Below, piece by piece: positions 20,240 through 31,517 of a stretch of DNA of 64,000 bases. The stretch's first letter is position 1. The number at the start of each line of letters is the position of its first letter. Location of the stretch: sequence record SRR31156797_1568; one strand, 5' to 3'. The notes under the pieces were generated by a model. It was not told the origin of the DNA, did no database searches, and saw only the letters and a program-made list of their open reading frames with translations. A program made the position numbers and the translations under genes.

Positions 20240-21085
20240 ATGAAAATTAAAAACGAATTATTCAATCTGGTACATATTATCCTAGGAGCAGCACTTGTTG
20301 GTGCTGGTGTTAGCTTTTTTATCCTTCCTGTAGAGATAGCAACAGGCGGAACACCTGGTATAGCAATTCTCCTTCATCATCTTACAAGTCTACCTACAGG
20401 TTTTCTTGTAATAGCTGTGAATGTTCCATTATACATCGCAGGGATAAAGATGCTCGGAAAAGGATTCGCTATCAGAACCACAATAGCAATCTTTCTGATG
20501 TCTGTTTTTATTGACCTGTTCGGTCATCTTGATTTTGTCAAGCAGATAACCGAAAGCACCATGTTAGCAACACTTTACGGTGGAATATTAATAGGTGGTG
20601 GCGTAGGACTGATACTGAAAGGTAACGCTTCTGCGGGCGGTTCAACTATCGTTGCGAGACTTATTTCATCAAGAACAAGCTTAACTTCAGGTCAGGTCAT
20701 AATGTTCATCGACCTTATCATTATTATATCATCAGGCTTTATCTTTAACGATATAGAAAAAGCGCTATGGAGTTTAATATCTATCTATGTGACTGGTAAA
20801 ATTATAGATATGGTTCTTAGTGGAGCCTCTACATCCAGAGTTGTACACATAGCTACTGAAAAAGCTCCTGAGTTGAGCGAGCAGCTAATGGCTCAGCTCC
20901 ACTTACAGGGAAGTATAATGAAAGGGACTGGACTGCATTCTGATGAGGATAAGACTATTATCTTTCTCGTTGTTGAATCGAGGCGTTTAGGTGTTCTTCG
21001 CACACTGATAAAAGAGATAGATCCTAAAGCATTTATGGTTGTTATGGAGGCGAGGGAGCTTCAAGGAAGAGGGCACGGAGCGTAG
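20240..21085 (+). CDS. YitT family membrane protein
   Basis: GG..GIA, NVPL, ASAGGS, C-terminal IDPKAF. Confidence 0.85.
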   Translation: MKIKNELFNLVHIILGAALVGAGVSFFILPVEIATGGTPGIAILLHHLTSLPTGFLVIAVNVPLYIAGIKMLGKGFAIRTTIAIFLMSVFIDLFGHLDFVKQITESTMLATLYGGILIGGGVGLILKGNASAGGSTIVARLISSRTSLTSGQVIMFIDLIIIISSGFIFNDIEKALWSLISIYVTGKIIDMVLSGASTSRVVHIATEKAPELSEQLMAQLHLQGSIMKGTGLHSDEDKTIIFLVVESRRLGVLRTLIKEIDPKAFMVVMEARELQGRGHGA

Positions 21086-21133
21086 AGTCTTGCATGTGCA
21101 TGCATTCATATAAGCTCTGAGTGCATGTTAAAA

Positions 21134-21207
21134 CGCCCCCGGCATGACTTGAACATGCGACCTCTGGATTAGGAATCCATCGCTCTATCCACCTGAGCTA
21201 CGGGGGC
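21134..21207 (-). tRNA. tRNA-Arg(CCT)
   Basis: Minus strand GCCCCCGTAGCTCAG...TGGA-TT-CCT-AA-TCCA...GTTCAAGTC...GGGGGC-G. Confidence 0.93.
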
Positions 21208-21333
21208 TGGATAGAAATGATTACTTACTTGGTGCATTTTTGTCAAGTTTTATCTGATTTTGTCATTTCAATATTTATTAGTATTGTGGTCAGGAAAGTT
21301 TTATGACAAAATTAATATGTTATTATTATTTAG

Positions 21334-22473
21334 GTGTTAGTCTTGGTCAAAAGTATACTTTACAACAAATATTTAATTAGGAGTAGCAGCCCTGATAAGT
21401 TGTGTGATGAAGATATGCGTCGTTTATCTCTCATCTATATAGGCTTATCAATAGCTCTCATTCTAGTCTTAGTTATGGGGATAATCGCCTTTTATCAAGG
21501 TAAACCTCTTCTCGGTACTATAGATATGCTGATAGCATTTTTCATATCAATGATCACTATAAACCAGTATTACAGAGGAAAGCTTGATTTCACAGTGAAC
21601 ATTACCGCTGCTATTAACGGTATTTTCTTCTTCTGGTTATTTGTATATGGTGGTGTGGATCACACTGCATTTGTGTGGTATTACACTTTTCCTCTATTCT
21701 CTGGCTTTTTGTTAGGGTTAAAGAAAGGTACAATATATTCACTTTTTCTAGGTTTTTCTGCAATTGTATACTTTATATTTGACAGTTACTTCCCTAACTT
21801 AGCCCAATACTCTCTGAGCTTTAAGCTTAGATTTATCCCTTCGTACTTTGTGCTTGTTATATTTTCATATATGGCTGAAAATCTTCGCGCAAGAGCGAGC
21901 AGAGACCTTAAGGAAGCTAACGAAAATCTGGAAATTAGAGTGCGGGAGAGAACTGCTGAGCTTATTGCAAAAAATAACGAGTTAGCTTTTGCCTCCGCAA
22001 CCGATGCTTTAACAGGCATCAAAAATCGTATGAAGCTTGATGAAATCTTAGATTATGAGCTCAATAGAGCGCAGAGATACAGTGGAGATCTGTCTATTAT
22101 ACTAATAGATATTGATTTCTTTAAGGAAGTTAATGACGTCTATGGACACCTTGCCGGCGATGATGTTCTGAGAAGATTTGCAAATATTATTTCCGAACAC
22201 GTGCGTGATACGGATACCGTTGGTCGTTGGGGTGGCGAAGAGTTTATGGTTATATGTCCTTCAACAAATAGTGATAAAGCGATGGCAATCTCTGAAAAGC
22301 TTAGGGAGATAATTTCAGCAGAGAAATTCCCAATAGTCGGACCTATAACGGCTAGTTTTGGTGTGACAACATACATCAATGATGATAACCTTAACACAAT
22401 AGTTAAGAGAGCTGACAATGGGCTTTATTTAGCGAAAGAAAGACGTGACAGTTGCCGTTTCAGTGCCGAATAA
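21334..22473 (+). CDS. Membrane-bound diguanylate cyclase
   Basis: About 6 TM helices, coiled coil, RWGGEEF; start uncertain. Confidence 0.9.
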   Translation: MLVLVKSILYNKYLIRSSSPDKLCDEDMRRLSLIYIGLSIALILVLVMGIIAFYQGKPLLGTIDMLIAFFISMITINQYYRGKLDFTVNITAAINGIFFFWLFVYGGVDHTAFVWYYTFPLFSGFLLGLKKGTIYSLFLGFSAIVYFIFDSYFPNLAQYSLSFKLRFIPSYFVLVIFSYMAENLRARASRDLKEANENLEIRVRERTAELIAKNNELAFASATDALTGIKNRMKLDEILDYELNRAQRYSGDLSIILIDIDFFKEVNDVYGHLAGDDVLRRFANIISEHVRDTDTVGRWGGEEFMVICPSTNSDKAMAISEKLREIISAEKFPIVGPITASFGVTTYINDDNLNTIVKRADNGLYLAKERRDSCRFSAE

Positions 22474-22494
22474 GATATCTGATTAGGTGTTCAT

Positions 22495-23181
22495 GTGATA
22501 TATCCGTATTTCCTCTTATGTAACAATATTAGTGTAAAACCTGTAGTTAAGCTTGAGGGCTGCCCTCTGCATATCACTCTTGATGAGAACATGGCTAAGG
22601 AAGCAGTAAGCATGAGTGGAGAGTCTGAGAGAATCAATGACTGGTTTGGTAAGATAATATCTGATTCCGGATGTAGCTGGGCTGTTGGCGCTTATCTTGA
22701 GAATAGGGAGAGCATACTTGCTCAATACCCTCATATGTCAGAAGAAAAAAGATATTTTCATCTAGGTGTTGATATATGCGCTCCAGCAGGAACCCCTATC
22801 TTTACTCCACTTGATTCCGAAGTTTTTGAGACTGGGTATGAAGAAGGAGAGGGTAATTATGGTGGCTATGTTATTCTCAGGCACACAATTGATTCTCATG
22901 AGCCTTTTTATACTATGTATGGACATATGAAAAGGAGCACATTTCCTGATGTTGGCGCAAAGCTTAAAGCTGGTGATAAAATAGCTGAGATCGGTGATTT
23001 GCATGAAAACGGCGGATGGAACCATCACACCCATATTCAGGTCATTACCGAGAAAGGTCGTGAGCTTGGTTACTTTTTTAAAGGTTATTGCAATGAGGGG
23101 ATGTTGAAGGAAATTGAATCGATATGTCCGAACCCTGTGCCGTTATTAACTGGTGTCTTAACAGAAACAGTGTATAAGTGA
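22495..23181 (+). CDS. M23 family metallopeptidase
   Basis: HLGVD, YGH, HTHIQ motifs; no clear signal peptide. Confidence 0.85.
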   Translation: MIYPYFLLCNNISVKPVVKLEGCPLHITLDENMAKEAVSMSGESERINDWFGKIISDSGCSWAVGAYLENRESILAQYPHMSEEKRYFHLGVDICAPAGTPIFTPLDSEVFETGYEEGEGNYGGYVILRHTIDSHEPFYTMYGHMKRSTFPDVGAKLKAGDKIAEIGDLHENGGWNHHTHIQVITEKGRELGYFFKGYCNEGMLKEIESICPNPVPLLTGVLTETVYK

Positions 23182-23194
23182 ATATGTGTACATG

Positions 23195-24103
23195 TTATCC
23201 TTTAGCTCGGGATATCACATTTCTACCTTTTTGTTTTGATATATATAGAGCGTCATCAGCTGCTTTTAAAAGCTCACAAGAAGTCTCGTAATATTTTGAA
23301 TCAGCAATACCTATGCTTATTGTTACTTTTGCTTCTATTTTCCCATCTGAAATAAGTGAGTTTTCTATGTGAACCCTAAGTCTTTCTGCCACAGTGCTTA
23401 CCTGCTCCATATCTTGATTAATGAAGAGGCAGATAAACTCTTCTCCGCCGAATCTAGCTAGAAAGTCTTCCGTCCTAAGTTTATCTTTGCAGAGTTTCAC
23501 TATTTTCTGAAGTACAACGTCTCCGAACTGGTGCCCATGCTCATCATTAATCATTTTAAAATGGTCAAGATCGAACATCATAAGACCTAATGACGACTGC
23601 TCTCTCTTATGCCTGTTAAATTCTTCCAGCAATCTATGTTCAAATGTACGCCTGTTGTATACTCCGGTGAGCCCGTCTATGTAGCTGAGTTCTTTAAGGT
23701 GTTTTTCAAGTACAGCATTTTCTGTAACGTCATGAACATTGATCATAAGCCCTTCAATTTCACCGTTTTCAGCTTTAATAGGAATAAGGTAGCAACTCTG
23801 CTGCATATAATCGAAAAGGGTAGAATAGGTTCCAGTGAGCTCGAAAGGGAAAAGGTAGCTGTGGAGCTTTGATGAGAGCATGACCATGTTTCCAAAAGTA
23901 AATACAGATTTAGTACCCCTTTTGAAGCTGGATCTATCTTCCAGCTCAGGATAAAGCTCGAAGATGTTCTTACCGACTGCTGATTCGGCTGATATTCCGC
24001 TGTTTAGAGCCATCCAGTTATTCCACTCCTGGATATTAAGCTCGTTGTCAAGCAGTACGATCCCTAAGTTGATTGAATCTAAAACAAGTGAACAGTTATT
24101 CAT
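23195..24103 (-). CDS. PAS-domain diguanylate cyclase
   Basis: PAS (WNNWM) plus RFGGEEF. Confidence 0.92.
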   Translation of the reverse strand: MNNCSLVLDSINLGIVLLDNELNIQEWNNWMALNSGISAESAVGKNIFELYPELEDRSSFKRGTKSVFTFGNMVMLSSKLHSYLFPFELTGTYSTLFDYMQQSCYLIPIKAENGEIEGLMINVHDVTENAVLEKHLKELSYIDGLTGVYNRRTFEHRLLEEFNRHKREQSSLGLMMFDLDHFKMINDEHGHQFGDVVLQKIVKLCKDKLRTEDFLARFGGEEFICLFINQDMEQVSTVAERLRVHIENSLISDGKIEAKVTISIGIADSKYYETSCELLKAADDALYISKQKGRNVISRAKG

Positions 24104-24738
24104 TCATAGCTCTCAAATAGCTCATGAAGAGCCTTTTTTAATGGTTCAGCAGACTTTTGGGAATTAACAAGGAAAAGAAAGCCTTCGACACTCTTCTCAC
24201 TGAGAGTAAAGCTTGTTTCTAGCATAATAGCAAAATCATTTTCGTCAAATTTATTGGTTAGAAGTTTATCTTCAAAATTATAGTTAATCATAGTTCTAGG
24301 AGGAGTATAAGTTACTGATGTTTTAAGAAGATCAAATATCTTACTCACACACGCCCCAATGAGAATATTGCCGACCTCTGAGAGAACCTCTCTTTCAATA
24401 TCGATAACCAGCTCATCTGTTCCGCTCCCGCAGTCTATGTGAAAAAGGGATATAAACTCTTTCTCTGTACCGTATGGGAATATCAGGTAAGCGTGACCAC
24501 CGGCAGCACCCTTAAAGTATTGCTCTACAATGTTAAATCTTTCGAGGTTGTTAGTATTTTTTGCGATAAATGCAGGGAGTTCTGAAACTTTTATTGTTTC
24601 CAGTTTAGGAAAGCTGAGCTCAACAGAAATGTCAATTATCTCAGCAAGCTCTGCCGCAGCCTGTCCAAAGGCTATATTCATAAGCTCCTGAAGAGCATCA
24701 ATTTCTTCTTCATTAAAAAAGTGCATGTTATCACTCAT
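24100..24738 (-). CDS. CheC-family phosphatase
   Basis: Two E-x-x-N sites (ELMN, EVGN). Confidence 0.85.
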   Translation of the reverse strand: MSDNMHFFNEEEIDALQELMNIAFGQAAAELAEIIDISVELSFPKLETIKVSELPAFIAKNTNNLERFNIVEQYFKGAAGGHAYLIFPYGTEKEFISLFHIDCGSGTDELVIDIEREVLSEVGNILIGACVSKIFDLLKTSVTYTPPRTMINYNFEDKLLTNKFDENDFAIMLETSFTLSEKSVEGFLFLVNSQKSAEPLKKALHELFESYE

Positions 24739-24742
24739 AGAG

Positions 24743-25117
24743 TTAACCTTTGTTCACAATGTAAGTTTGAAGCTCTTTCACTGCATTGCCAATAGTTTCT
24801 TTTGTTGGCGGTTTCTTAATGAACTTAGTTGCACCGAGGGACATAATTTTATCGTATGTATTTTTTTGTATATCAGCAGTGAGGACGTATACAATAGCTT
24901 TTTCATCGATTTGCATAAGCTTTTCAAGAGCTTCAACACCATCCATCACAGGCATGGTGAGGTCTAAGAATACGAGGTCTGGTTGGTATTCTGGATAAAT
25001 ATCAACACATTCCTGCCCATTCTTCCCCTCTCTGTATTCTATCTCAACATCACTTGGTAAACTTTTAATCAGAAATTTCCTGGCTATTGTGGAGTCGTCA
25101 ACAATAAGGATCTTCAT
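24743..25117 (-). CDS. Single-domain response regulator (CheY-like)
   Basis: VDDS, LDLTMP, TAD, KP. Confidence 0.9.
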   Translation of the reverse strand: MKILIVDDSTIARKFLIKSLPSDVEIEYREGKNGQECVDIYPEYQPDLVFLDLTMPVMDGVEALEKLMQIDEKAIVYVLTADIQKNTYDKIMSLGATKFIKKPPTKETIGNAVKELQTYIVNKG

Positions 25118-25308
25118 TAATCCGCCCCTAATAATACGATATGTCGGTAATAATAATATTATGTAACTGAACTATCAAGTAGTATCTACAGTATGTAATA
25201 TGAGTATACCTTTTTTTTTCGATGACATCCACCACCATTTCTGCTATAAAAAAGCTCCCAAAAAGTTTTCAAATTTAGAAATAATTAAGATAAAAAAAGG
25301 TGCTTTTT

Positions 25309-25542
25309 ATGAAAGTCAAAGTTTTTGTTAAGCTTAAGGATGGAGTTCTCGACCCGCAGGGGCAGACGATCCTCGGCTCCATCGTCAGGATGGGTTATGA
25401 TTTCGCTACTGAAGTTCGTGTTGGAAAATTCTTCGAAATCGAAGTAAACGACAAATCTTGTGAAAAAGAGCTGGAAAAAATCGCCGGCGATCTTCTTGCG
25501 AACCCAATTATCGAAGAATATTCTATCGAATTTGCGGAATAA
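25309..25542 (+). CDS. purS: Phosphoribosylformylglycinamidine synthase subunit PurS
   Basis: LDPQG, VRVGK, LLANPIIEEY. Confidence 0.95.
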   Translation: MKVKVFVKLKDGVLDPQGQTILGSIVRMGYDFATEVRVGKFFEIEVNDKSCEKELEKIAGDLLANPIIEEYSIEFAE

Positions 25543-25545
25543 TCT

Positions 25546-26244
25546 ATGAAAGCTGGCGTAGTTGTTTTTCCCGGATCAAACTGTGACCACGACTGCTATC
25601 ACGTGCTTAAGCATGTGCTTGGCGTAGAAACAGTTTTCTTATGGCATAAAGATACAGACCTTCAAGGTGTTGATCTTGTGGTATTTCCCGGAGGCTTTTC
25701 ATATGGAGACTATCTCCGCTGTGGTGCGATAGCTAAATTCTCTCCAATTGTTAGCGAAGTTGTTAATTTCGCAAATAACGGCGGTAAAGTTCTCGGCATC
25801 TGTAACGGGTTTCAGGTTCTCACAGAGACAGGGCTCCTTCCTGGTGCTCTTATGAGAAACCGTGATCTTAAATTCATCTGTAAATATACAAACCTCAGAG
25901 TTGATAATTCAGATACACCATTCAGCAGAATGTACGCTGCCGGAGAGGTTATAAACGTCCCTGTCGCTCATATGGACGGTAACTACTTCATCGATCCTGA
26001 TGGACTTCAGAAACTTGAAGAGAATAACCAGATAGTTTTCCGTTACTGTGATAACAACGGCGAATGTAACGAAGAGACAAACATAAACGGCTCACTGAAT
26101 AATATTGCAGGTATCGTTAACGAGGCTGGAAATGTCCTCGGGATGATGCCGCACCCTGAGCGTTGTGCTGAGGGCGTTATGGAGACTAGAGACGGATATT
26201 TCCTTTTCGAGTCGATAATCAAAGCTATTGGAGGTGCCGCATGA
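25546..26244 (+). CDS. purQ: FGAM synthase glutaminase subunit
   Basis: [32 protein letters not shown]. Confidence 0.97.
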   Translation: MKAGVVVFPGSNCDHDCYHVLKHVLGVETVFLWHKDTDLQGVDLVVFPGGFSYGDYLRCGAIAKFSPIVSEVVNFANNGGKVLGICNGFQVLTETGLLPGALMRNRDLKFICKYTNLRVDNSDTPFSRMYAAGEVINVPVAHMDGNYFIDPDGLQKLEENNQIVFRYCDNNGECNEETNINGSLNNIAGIVNEAGNVLGMMPHPERCAEGVMETRDGYFLFESIIKAIGGAA

Positions 26245-28469
26245 GCGTATACGATAAGTTCGGCTATCCAGAGGTAACCTTCCCGATAGCGAAAGAGATG
26301 GGACTCTCAGAGGCTGAGTTCGAAGATGTGCAGAGACTCATCGGCAGAATGCCTAACTACATCGAGCTTGGTATCATCTCATCCATGTATTCTGAGCACT
26401 GCTCATATAAATCAAGCCGTGTTCACCTCGCTAAATTCCCTACTGAGGCTCCTTGGGTTGTTCAGGGACCTGGTGAGAATGCCGGCGTTATCTCCGTTGA
26501 CGACGAAGGAACTTGCGTCTGCTTTAAAGTTGAGTCGCACAACCACCCGTCATTCATCGAACCTTTTCAGGGGGCGGCGACAGGCGTGGGCGGTATCCTG
26601 AGAGACGTTTTCACCATGGGTGCAAGACCTGTTGCGGCGATGAATTCACTCAGATTTGGTAAATTAGATAATCCGAAAAACAGATATATATTCGAAGGTG
26701 TAGTTGAAGGTATCTCCCACTATGGTAACTGCTTCGGCGTACCTACAATTGGTGGCGAGGTTTACTACAACTCATGCTACGACGGCAACCCGCTGGTTAA
26801 CGCATTTGCACTCGGCGTTGTGAAGAAGGACAAAATCTTCCTCGCAAAGGCTGAAGGTAAGGGCAACCCTGTGATCTATGTCGGTGCTAAAACCGGACGT
26901 GATGGTATCCACGGTGCTACTATGGCATCTGCTGAGTTCGATGAGAATAGCGAAGCGAAACGCCCTAACGTTCAGATAGGTGATCCGTTCAAAGAGAAAC
27001 TTCTCCTTGAGGCTTGCTTAGAGCTTATGAAGACTGACTACATCGTCGGTATTCAGGATATGGGTGCGGCTGGTCTTACGTCTTCATCATTTGAGATGGC
27101 TTCCAAGTCAGGCTCAGGTGTGAGGCTCGACCTCGACAATGTACCTGTTCGTGAAAATAGTATGACACCTTACGAAATCATGCTTTCCGAGTCGCAGGAG
27201 CGTATGCTCATGGTGGCGAAGAAGGGCTATGAGGACAAGGTTAAAGAGATATTTGAGAAGTGGGATCTTGACGCTTCTGTTATCGGTGAGGTTACTGATG
27301 ACGGATACGTTAGACTCACATGGGAAGGCGAGGAAGTAGCGGCACTTGAGGCGGCTCCACTCGCTGATGAAGCTCCTAAGTATGAGCGTCCATATTCCAG
27401 ACCTGAATCTCAGGATGCGCTTCAGAAGCCTGTAGAGGTTGATGAGCCGAGGGATATGCAGGAAATTCTTGAGAGACTTCTAAGTAACCCTACTATCGCA
27501 TCAAAGCGCTGGGTTTACGAGCAGTACGACCATATGGTTCGTGTCGGTACTGTACAGCTTCCGGGTAGTGACGCATCTCTCATCAGAATAAACGAATCTG
27601 ATACCGGCGTTGCCATGTCTGCTGACTGTAACAGCAGATACTGCTACCTTAACCCTTTTGAGGGTGGTAAGGCGGCTATCGCTGAGTCAGCCAGAAACGT
27701 TGCTGTTTCCGGTGCTAGACCACGTGCTTTTACTAACTGTCTTAACTTCGGTAACCCTGAGAAAGAGGGCATCATGTGGCAGTTCGCTACAGCACTTGAG
27801 GGTATCTGTGAGGCGGCTAAAGCGCTTGAGACACCTGTTGTCAGTGGTAATGTATCGCTTTATAACGAGACAGAAGGGACACCTATCCACCCGACACCGA
27901 CAATCGTCATGGTGGGTGTGATAGATGACGTTAATAAAAGAATCGGCTCTTACCTTAAAGATGTCGGAAGCCAGCTATACCTCCTCGGCGAGAACGACGG
28001 ACACATTGGCGGTTCTGAATATCTTGCATATATTCATGGTAAAGAGCTTGGTGATGCTCCGGCGGTTGATCTCGACCGTGAGAAAGCTATTATCGATTTC
28101 ATGTGTGAGGCGGCTGACGAAAAGCTGATCAGCTCTGCTCATGACGTTTCCGACGGCGGACTCGCTGTGGCGATAGCTGAGATGACTTTTAACGGAAATC
28201 TAGGTGTTGATGTAAATCTTCAGGACGATATCAGAGCTGATAAGCTCCTCTTTGGTGAAAACCACGGAAGAGTTGTCCTTGAGGTCTCAAACGTTAATGC
28301 TGCAAATGTAGAAAAACTAGCCAACCAGAAAGGGCTTCCTATCACACGCATAGGTCGCACTACTAGTGAAAGTATTGATATATCAGCAGGTAAGAGAAAA
28401 CTCATTAACATGCCTGTGAAAGATGCACGCTCCATTTGGAGTGACAGCATCGGGGAAATAATGAAATGA
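26241..28469 (+). CDS. purL: FGAM synthase subunit PurL
   Basis: [31 protein letters not shown]. Confidence 0.97.
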   Translation: MSVYDKFGYPEVTFPIAKEMGLSEAEFEDVQRLIGRMPNYIELGIISSMYSEHCSYKSSRVHLAKFPTEAPWVVQGPGENAGVISVDDEGTCVCFKVESHNHPSFIEPFQGAATGVGGILRDVFTMGARPVAAMNSLRFGKLDNPKNRYIFEGVVEGISHYGNCFGVPTIGGEVYYNSCYDGNPLVNAFALGVVKKDKIFLAKAEGKGNPVIYVGAKTGRDGIHGATMASAEFDENSEAKRPNVQIGDPFKEKLLLEACLELMKTDYIVGIQDMGAAGLTSSSFEMASKSGSGVRLDLDNVPVRENSMTPYEIMLSESQERMLMVAKKGYEDKVKEIFEKWDLDASVIGEVTDDGYVRLTWEGEEVAALEAAPLADEAPKYERPYSRPESQDALQKPVEVDEPRDMQEILERLLSNPTIASKRWVYEQYDHMVRVGTVQLPGSDASLIRINESDTGVAMSADCNSRYCYLNPFEGGKAAIAESARNVAVSGARPRAFTNCLNFGNPEKEGIMWQFATALEGICEAAKALETPVVSGNVSLYNETEGTPIHPTPTIVMVGVIDDVNKRIGSYLKDVGSQLYLLGENDGHIGGSEYLAYIHGKELGDAPAVDLDREKAIIDFMCEAADEKLISSAHDVSDGGLAVAIAEMTFNGNLGVDVNLQDDIRADKLLFGENHGRVVLEVSNVNAANVEKLANQKGLPITRIGRTTSESIDISAGKRKLINMPVKDARSIWSDSIGEIMK

Positions 28470-29830
28470 TGGATAAATTCCATGAAGAGTGTGGCGTAGC
28501 AGGAGTTTACGCTAACGATGACGCAGCGAACCTTGTTTACCTCTCTCTCTATGCTCTCCAGCACAGAGGTCAGGAGGGTGCGGGTATCTCTGTGAGTGAC
28601 AGAAGTGAAATATTAACTGAGAAAGGTATGGGGCTTGTCGCTGATATCTTTACACCTGAAAAACTTGAAAAACTTTCGGGTGATATAGCTATCGGACATA
28701 ACAGATACTCCACCACCGGTGTTTCTCAGCTTCAGAATACTCAGCCGATCACAGCGACTATCAACGCCGGTCAGATATCTCTGGCGCATAACGGTAACAT
28801 TGTGAACGCTGACGATATAAAGCAGGAACTAGTCAGGAAAGGGGCGATCTTCGGCTCCAGCTCTGATTCAGAAGTTGTTGTGCACCTTATCGCAAAAAGT
28901 GAAAAAGACGGTCTTATGGACTCTATCGCCCACGCTCTAACACAGCTTAAGGGTGCTTTTTCTCTGCTTGTAATGACAAATGATAAACTTATTGGTGTGC
29001 GTGACCCTATGGGGATGCGCCCGCTTGTACTTGGTAAGCTTAAGAATGGATATATCCTCGTTTCTGAGAGCTGTGCTCTTGACCTTATCGAGGCGACAAT
29101 GGTTCGTGAGATTGAGCCGGGTGAAATGGTCATCATCGATGATAACGGTATAAAATCGATCTTTCCTTTTGAGAAAACTAAGCCTAGATCTTGTGTTTTT
29201 GAACACATATATTTTGCAAGACCAGATTCTTACATCTTTGGCAACTCTGTTTATAACGTGCGTAAGCGGATGGGATATAAGCTTGCTGAAGAGGACGATG
29301 TTGAGGCTGATGTGGTTATCCCTGTTCCTGATTCCGGCGTGGTTGCTACCCTCGGTTATGCTGAGGCGAGCGGTATTCCATTCCAGATGGGGCTGATGAG
29401 AAACCACTATGTCGGAAGGACATTTATAGAGCCTAGCCAGTCTATCAGACACTTCGGGGTTAAGATCAAGCTTAATGCTGTTCGTGACGTGATAGAGGGC
29501 AAAAAGGTTGTTGTTGTTGACGATTCTATCGTTAGGGGAACAACAAGCCGTAAGATAGTTAAGATGCTTCGTGAAGCTGGGGCGAAAGAGGTGCACATGC
29601 GCATAAGCAGCCCTCCTACAGCGTTCCCATGTTTTTACGGAATTGATACACCAACAAGGAAAGAACTGATCGCCTCCACACATACAGTGGAAGAGATTCA
29701 GAAGTATATAACAGCAGATAGCTTAAACTATCTGAGCATTGATGGGCTGATGGATTGTGTCGGCAGTACTGATTACTGTCACGCCTGTTTTGACGGCGAC
29801 TATCCAACTATGCACCACAATGGTGACTAG
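28466..29830 (+). CDS. purF: Amidophosphoribosyltransferase
   Basis: [28 protein letters not shown], Fe-S cysteines (CHAC). Confidence 0.97.
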   Translation: MMDKFHEECGVAGVYANDDAANLVYLSLYALQHRGQEGAGISVSDRSEILTEKGMGLVADIFTPEKLEKLSGDIAIGHNRYSTTGVSQLQNTQPITATINAGQISLAHNGNIVNADDIKQELVRKGAIFGSSSDSEVVVHLIAKSEKDGLMDSIAHALTQLKGAFSLLVMTNDKLIGVRDPMGMRPLVLGKLKNGYILVSESCALDLIEATMVREIEPGEMVIIDDNGIKSIFPFEKTKPRSCVFEHIYFARPDSYIFGNSVYNVRKRMGYKLAEEDDVEADVVIPVPDSGVVATLGYAEASGIPFQMGLMRNHYVGRTFIEPSQSIRHFGVKIKLNAVRDVIEGKKVVVVDDSIVRGTTSRKIVKMLREAGAKEVHMRISSPPTAFPCFYGIDTPTRKELIASTHTVEEIQKYITADSLNYLSIDGLMDCVGSTDYCHACFDGDYPTMHHNGD

Positions 29831-29839
29831 GAGTTATTG

Positions 29840-30202
29840 ATGAGTGATGTGATTGTTGTCAGGATGTTCGGTAGCAGCATGGAGTTTGTTTCAGGCTGAA
29901 GCCCTTCTTATTTCCCTTCAGGTTGTGGGGTAAAAGATGATCCTTACGAAGAAATCTCTTACAAAACCGATGCCATTCTCAGCGCTGAGTATGGTAAGGA
30001 CAGTGTGGATTTCAAATATATCGATGTGTCTTCTCCGGAGATACTTGAGTATATCAATGATGTTACCAATATTGTTGAAGGCAGGCTGCCGTTTCCGTAT
30101 ATATCGCTTAATGACAAGCCTTTATGCTGGGGGCTTATGGAACCTGCTGAGATAACTGAAAAGATCAAAGAGAAACTTGAGGGTAGGTCTGAGGCGTCAT
30201 AA
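29840..30202 (+). CDS. Putative selenoprotein, thioredoxin-like fold (YuzD/DUF1462-like), 120 aa, in-frame TGA at 29897-29899
   Basis: RBS AGGAG 6 nt before ATG; frame open to TAA 30202 except one TGA; SECIS-like hairpin at 29906-29937; PFPYISLNDK cis-Pro-like loop. Confidence 0.75.
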
Positions 30203-30280
30203 ATCGATATTGGTTTGGCAAATAACAGTTTGTTGAGGTATAATTAGCTAATTATCCCTTATTATTAATAGTGTGGTGCT

Positions 30281-31396
30281 ATGGTGACTAAAACTGAATT
30301 TGCCTCTGCGGAGCGTGCTCCGTACGATCAGGTATTGTCGCATTATCAATATTTTGCGTGCAATCCTGTGCTGAATGATTTAATGGCTAAACTAGATCAG
30401 TATGTCGTCGTTTTGAACGTCAACAGAGAGATTATCTTTGCGAATAAATCTTTTCTTGATGATTTTGGTATAGCCAGTATTAACGATGCATTATGCAAAA
30501 GAGTTGGGGAACTTCTCGACTGTCGCTTTGCATGGAAGGTCGCAGGCTGCGGAACATCTAATTTCTGCAGAGAGTGCGGGGCTGTTCGGTCTATGCTTGA
30601 TAGCCAACTACATAATGTTGATAATATTCAGGAATGTATAATCCTCACCAAAAATTCCGGCTCTATTGAGCTCGGTGTCTCCAGTAAAAGAATTGAAATA
30701 GAAGGAGAGAAATTTACTATTTTCTCCATCACTAATCTTTCAGAAAACAGACAACTTAATAATATTGAAAATATCCTCTACCATGATGTCTCAAATCTCG
30801 CTAGCAGTGTTTACTCTATGGTTCAGCTTCTTAATGATAAACGGATTACAGATAAAGAGAAAATACACTCACAGCTTCGTAGAAGTTCTGAGGAGCTTTT
30901 GAACGAGCTTAACTCTCATAAAATGCTGGCAACAATGGAGAAGGGCGAACTTGATGCCGAATTCGAATCCTACAGCTCTCTCGATATTTTAAACAATGCA
31001 ATTAATTTCGTTGAGAAGATACACTCCTCAAGAGGTAATTTGATTTGCCTGCATTACGGAAGCAGTGAGTTTGAAATTAAGACAGACATTCACCTGTTAA
31101 ACAGAGTGCTCGTCAATATGCTTACAAACGCTCTGGAAGCATCTGTTTTCGGTGCTAAGGTAACAATAGGGTGTGAAATAGCAGAAGAGGGAAAAGTGCT
31201 TTGGGTGCATAACTCTGGTTATATCGAGCCGGAAGTTCAGGCTAAAATATTTCGCAAAATATTCAGCACTAAGAAAAATGGAACAGGGTACGGAACCCAG
31301 AGTATCCGTATAATTACTGAGAGATATCTCGGTGGTAGGGTTGATTTTGAGACGAGTAAAGAGTCCGGAACGACATTTAAAGTTTATCTAAAATAA
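30281..31396 (+). CDS. Cytoplasmic histidine kinase with Cys-rich PAS-like domain
   Basis: YHDVSN H-box, NMLTNALEA, FSTK..GTGYG; N-terminal C...GCGT..FC.ECG. Confidence 0.85.
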   Translation: MVTKTEFASAERAPYDQVLSHYQYFACNPVLNDLMAKLDQYVVVLNVNREIIFANKSFLDDFGIASINDALCKRVGELLDCRFAWKVAGCGTSNFCRECGAVRSMLDSQLHNVDNIQECIILTKNSGSIELGVSSKRIEIEGEKFTIFSITNLSENRQLNNIENILYHDVSNLASSVYSMVQLLNDKRITDKEKIHSQLRRSSEELLNELNSHKMLATMEKGELDAEFESYSSLDILNNAINFVEKIHSSRGNLICLHYGSSEFEIKTDIHLLNRVLVNMLTNALEASVFGAKVTIGCEIAEEGKVLWVHNSGYIEPEVQAKIFRKIFSTKKNGTGYGTQSIRIITERYLGGRVDFETSKESGTTFKVYLK

Positions 31397-31517
31397 AAGC
31401 TCCCCTTTTTCAAGAGGAGCCTTAGTTATTTAGTCAATAAGCCGAACATCGTCAGGCGATAAACTAGTTCTGTTAAGTTTATTTCATCACTTGGTGATAT
31501 GCCTGTCTGCTAGCTTA

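Noticed and set aside
29937-30202. Short ORFs 29937-30155, 29959-30168 and 30005-30202 as independent genes
   Set aside because: Better explained by one read-through CDS from 29840 that has a good RBS.
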